DNA of 64,000 nt, taken from NCBI GenBank assembly GCA_038046605.1, contig JBBSVW010000073.1, positions 11,023 through 75,022 of the forward strand, written 5' to 3'. The notes beneath the pieces were generated by a model. The model ran no database searches. It was not told the DNA's origin and saw only the letters and a list, made by a program, of their open reading frames with translations. Shown one piece after another: positions 48,977-59,311 of this stretch. This DNA is from Candidatus Micrarchaeota archaeon. GTDB taxonomy: Archaea > Micrarchaeota > Micrarchaeia > Norongarragalinales > SBBD01. Every line of letters begins with the position of its first letter. Within the stretch, counting starts at the first letter, position 1. The position numbers and the translations under genes are program-made.

Positions 48977-49855
48977 TTAATTCTCCATTTTAGCTTTGAT
49001 AATTTTCAGGGCATCAAGCAAAGGCAAAGGTTCAATGCCAGTTTCCTTCAATAGTTTTTCGCAAACCAACCCCCCAAAAAGGGGCCTTTTTGCTGCTGTT
49101 CCTAGATCGGATGCCTTTACCCCGACTATTAATCCCTCTGGAAGGTTAAAAAACTTCGCAACCTGCATCGACAGGTCGTAGCGGCTGATGGTTTCCTTGC
49201 CAGCAACATTGTATGTCCCGCTTTTGCCAAGATCCAACAGCCTTCCGATTGCTCTTGCAATATGGCTTGCAAGGGTAGGCGTTGCGTAAAGGTCGGTTTG
49301 CGCTTTTGCTTCCTTTCCTTGCCTCAAATTGCCAATCAGCCTGACAACAAAATTCCTATCATCGTACCCATAATCGAACACATTCCCCGTCCTAATTATC
49401 AAGCATCCGAGAACTTTCAAAGCCTCCTTTTCTCCATCTAATTTCGTCCTTCCATAAACGCTAATCGGCCCAGTTTTTGCATCCTCTTTGTATGGCCCAG
49501 CCTTCCCGTCAAAAACGTAGTCCGTCGAGAGGTAAACTAATCTGGCAGCATTTGTTATGCAAGCATCCGCCACATATTGGACCGCCAGATGGTTCATCCT
49601 TTGCGCCTCATCCGGATGGATTTCACAATAATCCACATTGGTGAGGGCGGCGCATAGGATCACGGAAAAGGGCTTTGTTTTGCCAATCAGCTCCCTAACC
49701 TCCTTTTCATTTGTGAAATCCAATTTGATCAAAGTTGCCTTAGGGTGGGTATTGTATGTGCCAATCAGTTCGAACTGATCCCTTAAGGCCTCCATGCAAG
49801 CGCCCCCTATCTGGCCCGATGCGCCAATAACCAGCACTCTAGGTTTGCGTTCCAT
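48977..49855 (-). CDS. RmlD-like NDP-4-keto-sugar reductase
   Basis: GASGQIG, AALTNVDYCE, STDYVFDG, YGRTKLDGE. Confidence 0.88.
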   Translation of the reverse strand: MERKPRVLVIGASGQIGGACMEALRDQFELIGTYNTHPKATLIKLDFTNEKEVRELIGKTKPFSVILCAALTNVDYCEIHPDEAQRMNHLAVQYVADACITNAARLVYLSTDYVFDGKAGPYKEDAKTGPISVYGRTKLDGEKEALKVLGCLIIRTGNVFDYGYDDRNFVVRLIGNLRQGKEAKAQTDLYATPTLASHIARAIGRLLDLGKSGTYNVAGKETISRYDLSMQVAKFFNLPEGLIVGVKASDLGTAAKRPLFGGLVCEKLLKETGIEPLPLLDALKIIKAKMEN

Positions 49856-50000
49856 AATTCAACTAATAGTTTGGAATATACCGATTTTTAACCCGCTTGG
49901 GGCTAGGTGTAGATGCGGCGTTTTGCAATCAATTCGGGGAGTTCTTAAGCTCACAAAATATGTTATAAATGGGCGTGCACACAACCCTTCTGATGCAATT

Positions 50001-50867
50001 ATGGCAAAAGTGCTGGTAACCGGAGGCAGGGGGTTTATTGGATCACACCTCTCCAAATTCCTTGAGGGGAAGGGGCATGACGTTTCCATATTTTCCAAAC
50101 GCGATGGGAAGGGAGGCGGAGACATAGCAGATTATGACTCCGTACTAAAGGCAACAAGCGGCATCGATTGGGTCTTCCATCTTGCAGGTGTATCGAGCGT
50201 TTCAAAAACCGGGGAGGGGAGCGATGAGATTTTCAAAAGCAACATTGCCGGTACGCATAATGTCCTGCTTGCTTGCCATCAAAACAAGGTAGAACGGGTG
50301 GTTTTTGCCTCCTCATCCTACGTTTATGGAAAACCACAAAGCATTCCTGTCTCCGAAAAATCAGCCCTTGCCCCACGAACCCTCTATGGCTTAAGCAAAC
50401 TGGTTGGTGAGGAATATTGCCGCTATTATTCAAGGATTGGGCTCCAAACAATAATTGCCCGCCTTTTCAACGCTTTTGGGGAAGGCCAAACCGGAAGGGT
50501 GGTGCCCGACTTCATCTTGCGCTACAAAAAATCAAAATCCCCAGTTGAAATCCTTGGCAATAGCGCAGATTCAAGGGATTTCCTTTCCATTGATCAGGCA
50601 TGCCTTGCCCTTTTGCTGCTCGCTGAAAAGGGCAAATCAGGGGAGGCTTACAATGTTGGCTCAGGAGTCGAAACGCGCATTTTGGATTTGGCTAAACTGA
50701 TAGCGCAGGAAATGGGCTCTAAAAACGATGCATTAAGAAAGGATTTAAATTATGAATATGATGAAGGAAGCGCTCTTCGCATGTTTGCGGATATTGGCAA
50801 GTTAAAAGCCCTGGGTTTTACCCCAAAATCGCTTGATGAAAGCCAGCTTTCCGCTATGATAAAATGA
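50001..50867 (+). CDS. NAD-dependent epimerase/reductase (extended SDR)
   Basis: TGGRGFIGSH, HLAG, YGLSK, RLFNAFG; directly upstream of gmd. Confidence 0.85.
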   Translation: MAKVLVTGGRGFIGSHLSKFLEGKGHDVSIFSKRDGKGGGDIADYDSVLKATSGIDWVFHLAGVSSVSKTGEGSDEIFKSNIAGTHNVLLACHQNKVERVVFASSSYVYGKPQSIPVSEKSALAPRTLYGLSKLVGEEYCRYYSRIGLQTIIARLFNAFGEGQTGRVVPDFILRYKKSKSPVEILGNSADSRDFLSIDQACLALLLLAEKGKSGEAYNVGSGVETRILDLAKLIAQEMGSKNDALRKDLNYEYDEGSALRMFADIGKLKALGFTPKSLDESQLSAMIK

Positions 50868-50976
50868 TAATTTTCCCGTATTGGGATGGTTAGGCGAGTA
50901 TGCAGGCAGGATAATAAATTACGGAAAACCCATATTTGCGCAAAATATTCCGCATGGATGAAATTTTAGTGATAAA

Positions 50977-51936
50977 ATGGCAAAAAAGGCACTGATAACC
51001 GGAATAACGGGCCAGGATGGCTCCTATCTAGCTGAACTGCTTTTGAAAAAGGGTTATGAGGTTTGCGGCCTTGTTCGCCGCCAAAGCGCCCCAAATTATG
51101 CGCGCCTAGAGCACATTCTTGATAAAATCACCCTCATGGAAGGCGATCTTGCCGACCAGCAATCGATAAACCGCATCGTCAAGGAGGTATCGCCCGATGA
51201 GATTTACAACCTTGCGGCGCAATCCTTCGTATCCACCTCCTTCAAAGAGCCCCTCCATACCTCAGATATCACCGCCCTTGGCTGCCTTCGCATGCTGGAA
51301 GCCGTAAGGTACTATTCGCCGCATTCGAAATTCTACCAAGCATCGAGCAGCGAAATGTACGGCAAAGCGCTTGAAACCCCCCAAACGGAAACTACGCCCT
51401 TCCATCCAAGGTCGCCTTACGGCTTCTCAAAGGTATTCGCTCATTTCGCAACAATCAATTACCGCGAGAGCTACAATCTCTTTGCCGGCTGCGGCATTTG
51501 CTTCAACCACGAATCCCCAAGGCGAGGAATTGAATTTGTCACCCGCAAGATTTCGGATGGAGTGGCCAAGATCAAGAAAGGGAAAGCAAAAAAGCTCATG
51601 CTTGGGAATCTTGATGCCTCAAGGGACTGGGGCTTTGCGGGGGATTACGTTGAAGCCATGTGGCTTATGCTCCAGCAAAAGAAGGCGGATGATTTCGTCA
51701 TTGCTTCCGGGCAGACGCATACCGTAAGGGATTTTGTCGAGCTTGCCTTTGAGTCAGCCGGCATTGCGGATTACCAGAAATATATCGAGATAAACAAGGA
51801 ATTCCTAAGGCCAGCCGAGGTCGATTTGCTACTAGGGGATGCAGGGAAGGCAAAACGCGAGCTTGGCTGGAGCCCCAAAACGTCATTCCAATCACTTGTA
51901 AAAATGATGGTCGAGAGCGATATCGCAAGATACTGA
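50977..51936 (+). CDS. gmd: GDP-mannose 4,6-dehydratase
   Basis: [56 protein letters not shown]. Confidence 0.96.
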   Translation: MAKKALITGITGQDGSYLAELLLKKGYEVCGLVRRQSAPNYARLEHILDKITLMEGDLADQQSINRIVKEVSPDEIYNLAAQSFVSTSFKEPLHTSDITALGCLRMLEAVRYYSPHSKFYQASSSEMYGKALETPQTETTPFHPRSPYGFSKVFAHFATINYRESYNLFAGCGICFNHESPRRGIEFVTRKISDGVAKIKKGKAKKLMLGNLDASRDWGFAGDYVEAMWLMLQQKKADDFVIASGQTHTVRDFVELAFESAGIADYQKYIEINKEFLRPAEVDLLLGDAGKAKRELGWSPKTSFQSLVKMMVESDIARY

Positions 51937-52059
51937 CGTTTGAATTTAAAGATTGGTAAAATAAAACTCGAAACAATTAATTGCAAAATATTAACTAACA
52001 CATCCCCATTTCTACCTCAAATATCTATATTTAAAAAAATCAATTTTGGTGTTCAATTC

Positions 52060-53250
52060 ATGCCCGAATTCAAGATTGGCGTTGGCACAGCCGACATAAC
52101 CGAAACAGAAAAGCGCTATGTGCTGGATGCTCTCGAAAACAAGCGCCTCTCCTATGGCCCTTACATCCGCAGGTTTGAATCGCAGTTCTCAAGGCTGCAC
52201 TCAAGGAAGCATGGCCTTATGTGCAACAGCGGAACTTCCGCCCTTCGCATCTCTGTTCTTGCATTGAAGGAATTCTACAATTGGAAGGATGGTGATGAGG
52301 TTCTGGTTCCGGCGCTTACTTTCATTGCGACCTCGAATGTTGTCCTACAAAGCAGCCTAAAGCCCGTATTCGTGGATGTCGATCCGCTAACTTATGGGAT
52401 AGATCCCAAATTAATTGAGGCAAAAATCACCTCCCGCACAAGGGCGATAATGCCGGTGCATCTGTTTGGCCTTCCCTGCGACATGGATCCCATCATGGAA
52501 ATTGCCAAAAAGCATAAGCTTGCAATAATTGAGGATTCATGCGAAACCATGTTCGCCAAATACAAGGGAAAATCCGTGGGTTCGTTCGGCGAGTTTGGTT
52601 GTTTTTCCACTTATATGGCGCATTTGATTGTGACCGGTGTTGGCGGATTGATTCTTTGCGACAACAATGAACTTGCGGTAATTGCAAGGAGCATGCTAAA
52701 TCACGGCCGTGACAACATTTACATGTCAATTGATGATGACGATAATGTAGGGAAAAAGGAGCTTACCATGATCATGGACCGCAGGTTCTCCTTTGTGCGC
52801 CTGGGTTACAGCTTCCGTGCAACAGAGCTTGAGGGAGCAATCGGCTGCGCGCAGCTTGAGCGCTGGGAGCAGATTATAAAGGGTCGGCAGGCGAATGGCA
52901 AATATCTTATCGAGGGGCTGGAGCACCTATCTGATCGCATCCAGCTTCCATCCGCTCCAGCCGGAAGGGAGCATGTTTTCATGATGTTCCCAATTGTTGT
53001 TAAGGATCCAAAGATTAAGCGCGATGAACTAACGCTCTATTTGGAGGAGCACGGAATCGAAACAAGGCACATGCTTCCCCTGATAAACCAGCCGATTTAC
53101 CGGAAGCTCTTTGGCAACCTTGACCGCCAATTCCCCAATGCCGCCTTCATCAACGAGAACGGCTTTTACATCGGCTGCCACCACCTGCTAAAGAAAGAGG
53201 AGTTGGATTATATCGTAAAGGTCTTAAATGATTATTTCGATGGAAAATAA
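52060..53250 (+). CDS. DegT/DnrJ-family PLP/PMP enzyme with His at the catalytic Lys position (ColD/E1-like)
   Basis: NSGTSAL, PVHLFG, IEDSCE, STYMAHLIVTGVGG. Confidence 0.85.
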   Translation: MPEFKIGVGTADITETEKRYVLDALENKRLSYGPYIRRFESQFSRLHSRKHGLMCNSGTSALRISVLALKEFYNWKDGDEVLVPALTFIATSNVVLQSSLKPVFVDVDPLTYGIDPKLIEAKITSRTRAIMPVHLFGLPCDMDPIMEIAKKHKLAIIEDSCETMFAKYKGKSVGSFGEFGCFSTYMAHLIVTGVGGLILCDNNELAVIARSMLNHGRDNIYMSIDDDDNVGKKELTMIMDRRFSFVRLGYSFRATELEGAIGCAQLERWEQIIKGRQANGKYLIEGLEHLSDRIQLPSAPAGREHVFMMFPIVVKDPKIKRDELTLYLEEHGIETRHMLPLINQPIYRKLFGNLDRQFPNAAFINENGFYIGCHHLLKKEELDYIVKVLNDYFDGK

Positions 53251-53296
53251 TCCAAACTTTTAAGTCTGATTATTTTAGGGATTTCCATCTGCAGAA

Positions 53297-53782
53297 TCAA
53301 GAAACAAGGGCGCATGTAAAATCATAATATGCCTTGATTGGGCTTAAGATCAAACAGATGATTATTATTGCGGCAATTACTATTCTGTTTCTTATTCTTT
53401 TTTCTTTGTAATTTACAATTATAGCGGATATGAAGTATAGGTAAAAAATATTAGCCAGTGTTCCAAAGATCAAGCTGGCATTCATCATTATGACCGCTAA
53501 ACTGTTGCTTGTATGATAGTTTACCTCACCAATTGAGTAAATAAATAGAACCGTGAGTAAAAAATCAAATAATTGCAGGACACCAGATCCTAAAAATAAG
53601 GAAAAGAATGAAAAAATATACCCGTATGCAGGTATCGATGCATCGCGTGTAATCTTGCAATTTTTTTTATTTTCATTGCCGAAGGAAATAGTTGACCAAT
53701 GAACAATTGCAGCTACAAAAATTAGGAATAAAGTCAGAATTAATGTATTTTTTACACTCTTGCGAACCATGTTCGACCTCAC
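53297..53782 (-). CDS. AT-rich hypothetical membrane protein
   Basis: About 4 TM segments; visibly more AT-rich than its neighbours. Confidence 0.6.
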   Translation of the reverse strand: MRSNMVRKSVKNTLILTLFLIFVAAIVHWSTISFGNENKKNCKITRDASIPAYGYIFSFFSLFLGSGVLQLFDFLLTVLFIYSIGEVNYHTSNSLAVIMMNASLIFGTLANIFYLYFISAIIVNYKEKRIRNRIVIAAIIIICLILSPIKAYYDFTCALVS

Positions 53783-53785
53783 TTC

Positions 53786-54793
53786 CTAGAAATACTCATT
53801 TCTCCTCTCCTTATAGAACTCGTACGTCCGTTTCAGGCCTTCCTCCAAACCCACTTTTGGCTTCCATCCGAGGGTTTTGCGGATCTTCCTTCCGGAAACA
53901 ACAAAATTGCCAATTTCAATGGCTTTGCGCTCTTCATCCCACTTTCTATGATTAATTTTCATTTTGCTTCCGGCGGCTTTCAAAATCATGTTGCAAACAT
54001 CAATGAAGCGCGTTTCCTTTCCGCTTCCCAGCATGAATACTTCCCCATCGGCCTTTTTGCTCGCAAGTGCGAGCGCAAAAGCATCGGCAATATCTGATAC
54101 GTACGTGTAATCCCTGGTCTGCAGCCCTTTCCCATTGATTGTAATCTGCTGATTTAACATTGCCATTTTCATGAACCAATTTACGATCCCATAATCCGCA
54201 TGCTTCATTTGCGATCTTATCCCATAAGCGTTGTTGATGCGAATGCTAGTTGCTCTCATGCCGTACAAGCGATTATAGAGCAAATAGTATTTTTCCGCCG
54301 CAAGCTTGTCTATTCCGTTCATATCCACCGGATTTGTGGGGTGCTCCTCATCTATTGGCGAATAAACCATCCTGCCAATTTCCCCTCTTGTCCCGGCATA
54401 AACGAATTTGATGCCATCATTTACTTTCCTTGCCGCCTCCAATATGGTAAGCGCGCCCCTGCAATTGATATCCAAATCCAGGAAGGGATCCTTTATTGAA
54501 ATAGTGTGTGAAATTTGCGAGGCGCAATCAATCACATACTCCTGATCCGGAAGCAGGTGCTTCAATTTTGCCATATCCCGAATGTCTCCCTTGATGAATT
54601 TCACCTTATCCTTGATTTCCTTGATATTCGCAAAATTCCATCCGTAGGGCGTAAGGCAAGCATCGTAAATTGTAACCTTGGCGCCCTTCGAAACAAGCGC
54701 ATGAGCGATATTGCTTCCAATAAAGCCAAGCCCTCCGGTAATCAGGACTTTTTTCCCACTAAGTGCCGGATTATTTCGTAGGGAGTTTGCCAT
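53786..54793 (-). CDS. NAD-dependent epimerase/dehydratase
   Basis: TGGLGFIGSN, PFLDLDIN, QTRDYTYV; NGIDK replaces YxxxK. Confidence 0.85.
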   Translation of the reverse strand: MANSLRNNPALSGKKVLITGGLGFIGSNIAHALVSKGAKVTIYDACLTPYGWNFANIKEIKDKVKFIKGDIRDMAKLKHLLPDQEYVIDCASQISHTISIKDPFLDLDINCRGALTILEAARKVNDGIKFVYAGTRGEIGRMVYSPIDEEHPTNPVDMNGIDKLAAEKYYLLYNRLYGMRATSIRINNAYGIRSQMKHADYGIVNWFMKMAMLNQQITINGKGLQTRDYTYVSDIADAFALALASKKADGEVFMLGSGKETRFIDVCNMILKAAGSKMKINHRKWDEERKAIEIGNFVVSGRKIRKTLGWKPKVGLEEGLKRTYEFYKERRNEYF

Positions 54794-54866
54794 GGTCAAA
54801 TACCTGTTAATATTTCGAATCGTCCTTTTTTCCTAATACTTCGTTCAATTTCCTTATTTTCCCGCA

Positions 54867-55865
54867 TTAAACGGTTTTAGCCAGCCCATTCTTCTTGAAA
54901 AAATCAGTATACCAGCCAATTGTCCTCTTAAGCCCTTCTTCAAGTGAATATTTTGGCTTCCATTTGAGCAGGCGATTTGCCTTTTCCGATGAAAGGTATT
55001 GCTTGCGTATCTCACCGGACGATTCGTTCCTAATATCCGGTTTCAACTTAGAACCCATGAGTTTTGACATTAATTCCGTAATTTCCATCACGGTTTTTGG
55101 GTCATTATTCCCAAAGTTGAACGCTTCCCCCATAATTTCCTTTTGCTTAACATTTTCCCCAAGCGTAATGTATGCTGATGCGGCATCCTCTATGTAAAAG
55201 TAATCGCGGATATATTTCCCATCCGATCTAATTACTGGCCTTTTTCCCTTTAGAACCGATTTGATCGTCCCCGGCACAATCCTATCGAAATTCAAATCGC
55301 CCCCTCCGTAGAAGTTGCCGCATCTGGTGATCCCGACAGGAAGCCCGTAGGTTTTGAAATAGCTTCTTGCAATAAGATCCGTGCAGCTCTTTGAGACATC
55401 GTATGGGTGCTCGCCTTCCATTGGTGTTTCCTCATTGTACGGAAGCTTGCTTTGGGAGCCGTATGCTTTATCAGTAGATGCAACCACTATCCCTTCTATT
55501 TGCTTGGATCCCCTGCATGCTTCTAGCATGTTCCATGTGCCCATGATGTTTGCCATGAATGTATCCGGCGGGTAGCGATTTGCCATCAGTACTTGCGTTT
55601 GCGCCCCCAGATGGAAAACATGGGAAATATTGTAATCATTAAGCGCCCTTTTAAGCAATTCCAAATCCTCCAGCCTTCCCCTAACCGTTACGCACTTCGA
55701 ATTAAGGCCATCGTAATAGTACATGCTTTTTGGGACTTCGTCCCGGACAAGGCAGATGGGATTTGCGCCTTTTGAGATTAATGATTTTAATAGCCATCCG
55801 CCAAGAAAGCCCGAAGCTCCTGTCACGAATACGTTCCGATCGCTCCAAAATCCATCGTTTTGCAT
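54867..55865 (-). CDS. CDP-glucose 4,6-dehydratase-like enzyme, paralog B
   Basis: FWSDRNVFVTGASGFLG, ASTDKAYG, YDVSK, RCGNFYGGGDLNF; directly downstream of rfbF. Confidence 0.87.
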   Translation of the reverse strand: MQNDGFWSDRNVFVTGASGFLGGWLLKSLISKGANPICLVRDEVPKSMYYYDGLNSKCVTVRGRLEDLELLKRALNDYNISHVFHLGAQTQVLMANRYPPDTFMANIMGTWNMLEACRGSKQIEGIVVASTDKAYGSQSKLPYNEETPMEGEHPYDVSKSCTDLIARSYFKTYGLPVGITRCGNFYGGGDLNFDRIVPGTIKSVLKGKRPVIRSDGKYIRDYFYIEDAASAYITLGENVKQKEIMGEAFNFGNNDPKTVMEITELMSKLMGSKLKPDIRNESSGEIRKQYLSSEKANRLLKWKPKYSLEEGLKRTIGWYTDFFKKNGLAKTV

Positions 55866-55949
55866 AAAATCAACTCTATTTGAGGTACCTGTTTGTTGGA
55901 TGTTCAAAACCCTCGTTCATACCCGCATACTGAAAATTCCCAATGCAAA

Positions 55950-56717
55950 TTAAAATTGCATCCAGGGGGGTTTCCCTTCCCCGTAAATCTTGTTCAATTC
56001 CTCGTAATCCTTGTATGTATCCATGCAGTGCCAGAATTCCTCATGGAGGAACACGGATAGCTGCCGTTTTGAGATGAGCTCCTTGAAAGTGATATCCTCA
56101 AGCATGCCCTCGTGGGGGATATGATCCAGCGCCTCGTTCTTGAATGCGAAAAAGCCCCCGTTTATCCAGTCATTGAGCACTGGTTTTTCCTCGAATTTTG
56201 TAACGATCCCCGTCTTGTCGAATTTGAGCGCGCCGTATTTGGAGCGCGGATGGACCGCCGTAAGTGTTGCAAGCTTTCCGGATTTTTTGTGGAAATTGAC
56301 CAATTTATCCAGGCCCACATTTGCTACCCCATCCCCGTAGGTGCACATGAAATCCTGCCCGTCAATGTATTTTTCGACCTTCTTTATCCTCCCGGCTGTA
56401 AGCGTCTCCAGACCCGTATCCGCAAAAGAAATAGTCCAATCCTCCATCTCGTTCACATGGGTTTTCTTCTCTTTCTTCCCGCTAAGCGACATGGTGAAAT
56501 CATTGAGCTTCCACTCGTAATTAAGGAAATATTCCTTGATCATCTCGCCCTTATAGCCAAGCGAGAGCACGAAATCCTTGTAGCCGAAATGTGAATAGAT
56601 CTTCATGATATGCCAAAGGATCGGCTGCCCGCCAATTCGTACGAGCGGCTTTGGCATGTATTCCGTCTGCTCCCTAAGGCGCGTTCCCGCCCCTCCGCAA
56701 AGAATGACTACCTTCAC
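55950..56717 (-). CDS. rfbF: Glucose-1-phosphate cytidylyltransferase
   Basis: VILCGGAGTRL.EQTEYMPKPLV, TYGDGV, WINGGFF, FWHCMDT. Confidence 0.95.
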   Translation of the reverse strand: MKVVILCGGAGTRLREQTEYMPKPLVRIGGQPILWHIMKIYSHFGYKDFVLSLGYKGEMIKEYFLNYEWKLNDFTMSLSGKKEKKTHVNEMEDWTISFADTGLETLTAGRIKKVEKYIDGQDFMCTYGDGVANVGLDKLVNFHKKSGKLATLTAVHPRSKYGALKFDKTGIVTKFEEKPVLNDWINGGFFAFKNEALDHIPHEGMLEDITFKELISKRQLSVFLHEEFWHCMDTYKDYEELNKIYGEGKPPWMQF

Positions 56718-56942
56718 ATTTACCCCTCCAAAGGTTGAGGGAAAAACGGTTTAATAACCATTTCTCCAACACCCTAAATGCCAAACAATCCTTAAATATT
56801 CCCAATATTGCTTTTTGGTTCGAAAATTGGCGGGGGTTGCCCTTTGCATGCTGCCCTTCCCCGGTGGAAGCTCAATTATGATTTTCATGGGCGCAATGCC
56901 ATTGAATATTAAACGGTTTGGCGCAATACTAATAAATGGCAG

Positions 56943-58055
56943 GTGAGAACTACGGAAATTGATCTGATAACCGCCGAGAAATGGGATGGGCAATCAAGGG
57001 TATTTGGGATAGGCCGGTACATCCGTGAGATTTTTTCGCGCTACCCATCATATGGAGTCAAGATAAATTCGATCAACCTTGGCCAAATAGCCCCCTCCAA
57101 AATTAAGCATTTTCGCACGTATTTTGAGCTTCCAATAAGGGCGGCTCTATCCGTTCGGGCCAAAGTCATCCATATCCCTTCGCAAACGCTTGCCTTCCTA
57201 TTATTGCTCCCGATATTCCGGCAAAAGAAAACCGTGCTGACCGTTTATGATATTGCCCCATTTATCAGGAAAGGGGAAATTTCGCTGATAAAAGGTGCAA
57301 TTGCCTCCCTAAACGCAAAGGGAATCCTCAAGGCGGATGGGATAGTTGCAATTTCGGATTACACAAAGCAGGAATTGATTTCGCAGCTGGGAATTGATAG
57401 TTCAAAAATTGCAATTGCCTACCCCGCAGTTGATCATTCCGCATATAAGAAAAGAAAGGCATCGCCTGCATTCAAAAAAAAATACGGCATGAATCCCCAT
57501 CTTCCAATTGTCCTATACGTCGGATCCGAAGAACCCCGCCAAAACCTATTGACCCTGATAAAGGCCCTCTCCTCCCTCAAGAAAAAGGGGGTGCATTTCC
57601 AGTTTGTAAAGGTTGGCTCCCCTGCCTGGCCAAATGGGCGGGAGCAATTCATTACCCAGCTGAAATCCCACGGAATATTTGATGATACGAAAATCATCGG
57701 CTATGTTGATGAAGCTGATTTGCCGGGCATTTATTGCGCAGCTAGGGTTTTTGCATACCCGTGCGAATACACCGGTTTTGGCCTTCCTCCGCTCGAAGCG
57801 ATGGCGTGCGGCGTGCCGGTTGTAACCAGCAATGCCTCCTCGCTTCCGGAAGTTGTTGGAAAGGCAGGAATCATGGTTTCACCCCATGACGCTGCAAAAT
57901 TTGCATCCTCCATTTCATCCCTTCTCAATAGCAAGGCACTTTGGAAAAAATACTCCAGGCTTGGCGAAATGCAATCGAAGAAGTTTTCCTGGGGCGCGGG
58001 GGCAAAACAAACTGTTGCTTTATATAAGCGATTGGTTTTAAATTTACCAAAATGA
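56943..58055 (+). CDS. GT4 glycosyltransferase (WbpY/MtfB-like)
   Basis: GIGRY, TVYDI, GFGLPPLEAMACGVPVVTSN.SSLPEVVG. Confidence 0.9.
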   Translation: MRTTEIDLITAEKWDGQSRVFGIGRYIREIFSRYPSYGVKINSINLGQIAPSKIKHFRTYFELPIRAALSVRAKVIHIPSQTLAFLLLLPIFRQKKTVLTVYDIAPFIRKGEISLIKGAIASLNAKGILKADGIVAISDYTKQELISQLGIDSSKIAIAYPAVDHSAYKKRKASPAFKKKYGMNPHLPIVLYVGSEEPRQNLLTLIKALSSLKKKGVHFQFVKVGSPAWPNGREQFITQLKSHGIFDDTKIIGYVDEADLPGIYCAARVFAYPCEYTGFGLPPLEAMACGVPVVTSNASSLPEVVGKAGIMVSPHDAAKFASSISSLLNSKALWKKYSRLGEMQSKKFSWGAGAKQTVALYKRLVLNLPK

Positions 58056-58079
58056 GTTATTTTTAAACCGGTGGAAAAA

Positions 58080-58646
58080 ATGGCCAATAAAATGGAAATA
58101 GCCCTCCTTGAGGGGGCAAAACTTAGGCAGGATACGGCAAAGGCCTGCATGAAGGATATGGAATTCGCCCTAACCCTGCTTGTAAAAAGCTACAAATCCG
58201 GAGGAAAAATGATCCTTTGCGGAAACGGGGGCTCAGCTGCTGATTCCCAGCACATCGCAGCTGAGATGGTTGGGAAATTCAACCGTGACCGAAGGGCGTT
58301 CCCTGCGCTTGCGCTTTCCACGGATACATCGGTCCTAACCGCGGTTGGCAACGATTTTGGCTTTGAGCACGTTTTTGAGCGGCAAATTGAGGCTAATGGC
58401 AACAAGGGCGATGTGCTAATTGCCATAACAACTTCTGGAAACTCGAAAAATATCCTCCTTGCGGCTAAAATAGCAAAAAGGATGGGAATCCAAGTGGTTG
58501 GCCTGACCGGCAATACCGGCGGCGCCCTAAAATCCCTAAGTGATGTTTGCATCTGCGTCCCATCTGATTTGACCCCCCGCATCCAGGAGCTTCACATTGC
58601 AATTGGCCACATCCTATGCGGGGAGCTTGAGGCTGCACTTTTGTGA
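58080..58646 (+). CDS. gmhA: D-sedoheptulose 7-phosphate isomerase
   Basis: CGNGGSAADSQHIAAE, GNDFGF, TSGNS.NI, RIQELH. Confidence 0.95.
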   Translation: MANKMEIALLEGAKLRQDTAKACMKDMEFALTLLVKSYKSGGKMILCGNGGSAADSQHIAAEMVGKFNRDRRAFPALALSTDTSVLTAVGNDFGFEHVFERQIEANGNKGDVLIAITTSGNSKNILLAAKIAKRMGIQVVGLTGNTGGALKSLSDVCICVPSDLTPRIQELHIAIGHILCGELEAALL

Positions 58647-58764
58647 TGGGAAAGGGGCATCTGGCATTTTATTTTATTGTGAAAAAATGTTTTTGCAAAA
58701 GTTCAAATTCCTAGGATTACTTTCCCCTTTGTTTTCGGCTTGCATTTAACGGGTCTTGCTTTTT

Positions 58765-59307
58765 ATGTCAAAGGCGGTTTTCATCGATAGGGACGGCACC
58801 CTAAACGAAGAGGTGCACTATCTTAGCGATCCGGATAAATTCTCCTTGATCAAGGGCTCCCTTGAAGGGCTCAAAATCCTGACCAAAGCCGGCTATAGGA
58901 TAATCCTTGTCACAAACCAGGCGGGAATTGCCAAGGGTAAGCTGACACTTTTGCAGCTGGAAGCCATCCATTCAAGGATGCAGCGCATCCTTTCGCGGAA
59001 TGGGATTGCCCTAAGCCCCGAAGAGATATTCTTTTGCCCCCATAGGGGCGAGGATAATTGCGGATGCAGGAAGCCAAATGTGAAGAATTTCAAGGAGGCG
59101 CAAAAAAGATTCAATCTGGATCCGGCAAAGTCATATGTTATTGGGGACAAGACATCCGATCTCGAGGCTGGAAGGAGGGGAGGCTATGCAACCATCCTGG
59201 TCAAAACCGGCTATGGCGGAACGGATGCAAAGTACGATGTGCTGCCGGATTTTATTGCAAAAGATTTATTAGAGGCGGCGAAATTCATTATAGAACGGGG
59301 CGCATGA
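58765..59307 (+). CDS. gmhB: D-glycero-D-manno-heptose 1,7-bisphosphate phosphatase
   Basis: FIDRDGTLN, VTNQAGI, CPH....C.CRKP, IGDKTSD. Confidence 0.92.
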   Translation: MSKAVFIDRDGTLNEEVHYLSDPDKFSLIKGSLEGLKILTKAGYRIILVTNQAGIAKGKLTLLQLEAIHSRMQRILSRNGIALSPEEIFFCPHRGEDNCGCRKPNVKNFKEAQKRFNLDPAKSYVIGDKTSDLEAGRRGGYATILVKTGYGGTDAKYDVLPDFIAKDLLEAAKFIIERGA

Positions 59308-59311
59308 TTGG

